DNA of 64,000 nucleotides from Rhizodiscina lignyota (Eukaryota): NCBI GenBank assembly GCA_010015805.1, contig ML978129.1, positions 620,001 to 684,000 of the forward strand, read 5' to 3'. Shown piece by piece: positions 62,389 to 64,000 of this stretch (position 1 is its first letter; each line of letters starts with the position of its first letter). The notes under the pieces were generated by a model. It saw only the letters and a program-made list of their open reading frames with translations, ran no database searches and was not told where the DNA came from. The position numbers and the translations under genes were made by a program.

Positions 62389-63900
62389 TCATCGGAAACG
62401 CATAGGTTTGGCTGACGTCCTCCCCACCATGACAGGCTCCCGTTCTCTTGTCGGTTCCGGCACTGGCGCTGCTAACGCACGGTTTACAATTTCTGCACCA
62501 TCAATCATGCTCCCGCGCATAGCGCGCTCCTGCTCCAGAATACGAGTTTGGCTCACCTTCTCTATCAACTGTGCTCTTCGTTCTTCCGTCATGATCCACT
62601 CTTTGGGAAACTCATGCCGGACCTTGGGCTTGTGGTGTCTGAAATCGAATGGGACGTCTTCGAATGTGTCCTTGGGGTCTCTCGCCTCTTCCAGTAGCTC
62701 CTCTACTTTATCTGCGAGATAGCGCTTGTTCTGTGCTTGAGTAACAAAGGATTCGCAGCTTATTTTTGCAACACCAGTGGAAGGGTTGAAACGTGCACCA
62801 AGAAGCTTGATCAGCTTATTTCGTTGAATGTCGGTCAGTTCGGGTAGGTCTGCAGGAGAGAATTCGAGGATGACTTTAGAGGCAGCTGGATGGGACTCGC
62901 CCAAATAGGACGTATATCGAAACCTGAGTGGCTGGGCTTTGGTTGGTGGAGTGAAGGGTTTGGCTAGCTCTGTTGACGTTGCTCAGTTGAAATTGTCCCA
63001 ATAAGTAAAACTCCGGCACGGCAAGTACTCACTGCTCAAAAGAGGGAGTTCCCAGGCTGCAAATCTGGCATACTCCCTGTATTCTCTTTGCTGTTCTAAC
63101 TCGTCGTGGCCCAAGGACGAGACGTTCTCTTTCAGAAACCCTTCGTCGCCATCACCCTCTGATGCGTATTTCCAGAAGCTACCCTTCCTCCCTTCGCTCA
63201 ACAGAGCTGATATGTCCTCGTTAGCCTGGGTTCGGATTTGCTCCAAATCGTCGGCCTCATCTAGAACTTCGTCCTCGATAAGCGTTGCAAGCTCGTCATT
63301 ATCCGCTGTCGGCTCCTCGACCGCTACTTCAACCGCCGCATGTTGCTGGCCTTTGGATATTTGTGCATCGATAGCGGATGGTGGGTTCTCCTCGCTAGGT
63401 ATAGGTTGAGCAGATGCTGGACTAGATTCCCTGCCACTGCCCAACTCTAATTCTAGTGCTCTCCGCGAGCCTGATAGTTCTGGGAAGAGTTCGTCTGCTG
63501 ATTCACCCGGAGCAATTGCATCCAACTCTCCTTTGACTTCTGACACTGGCCCCTGCAGAGGACGGTCCTTGGTCTGGTCTGTCTCTAGCTTGGCCTGGGG
63601 CAGTATCTCGCCTCCTACACGTTGATTTTCTCCGGAGGTCGTACCAGGAGCAACTCCCGCTTCTTCTATCCCATCGGACTCGCGAAGCTCGTGCTTCTCT
63701 GAATGTGTCTGGACATTCTGAACGGGCTTTGCGGACGTCTGGTCTTTCGGAGGTTTCGATTCGTCGTTCAATTGTCGCGCTGTTATGGAGAATGGTCTCT
63801 GCCACTGCGGTCTTCGTATCCGGAGAACCCGAGGCTTGGGGCGTATTTGAAGAGAGCAATTGATCGCAATCGCATTGAACCTCTTCGCCGTGGATGCCAT
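62389..63900 (-). CDS. RSM24: Mitochondrial ribosomal protein mS35
   Basis: REYARFAAWELPLLS/KLAKPFTPP...PLRFRYTSYLGESHPAASKV...KISCESF...QNKRYL...DTFEDVPFDFRHHK; intron 62970-63032. Confidence 0.92.
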
Positions 63901-64000
63901 TACCGCTATCAAAGCTGCTGGAAAGTTGCGCTAAAAAGTTCCACGATCGCATCGGCAGCGCGCAGACCGGGAGTTCGGAGAAACGAAGCGCCGAAACCAA

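Overview
Gene-dense, intron-containing genomic DNA of a filamentous ascomycete (GT-AG introns mostly 45-130 nt with CTAAC/CTGAC branch sites; finer taxonomy cannot be fixed from sequence alone). About 32 protein-coding genes were reconstructed by hand. Conserved genes include Fig1, Hsp12, MRP4, white collar-1, a Ras-like GTPase, HRD1, SMC4, TFG2, CSN4, NDUFB10, NDUFAF2, a Na+/H+ antiporter, TFB5 and RSM24. Metabolic genes include a PfkB kinase, a Zn-ADH, a CHMO-like BVMO, two MFS carriers, a GH32 enzyme and an esterase. There are also a few accessory loci. No tRNA, rRNA, CRISPR array or intact transposon was recognised. Main finding: TFB5 and a two-HKD phospholipase-D-superfamily ORF are separated by one base. 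A 58-nt intron-like segment spanning the TFB5 stop would, if spliced, fuse them in frame, so one transcription unit may make both Tfb5 and a Tfb5-PLD fusion. Other leads are a small coiled-coil gene resembling the Mug135/Tdk1 meiotic-driver architecture, a duplicated uORF module in the wc-1 leader, and a tandem pair of intronless SET genes with a 3x32-bp repeat.
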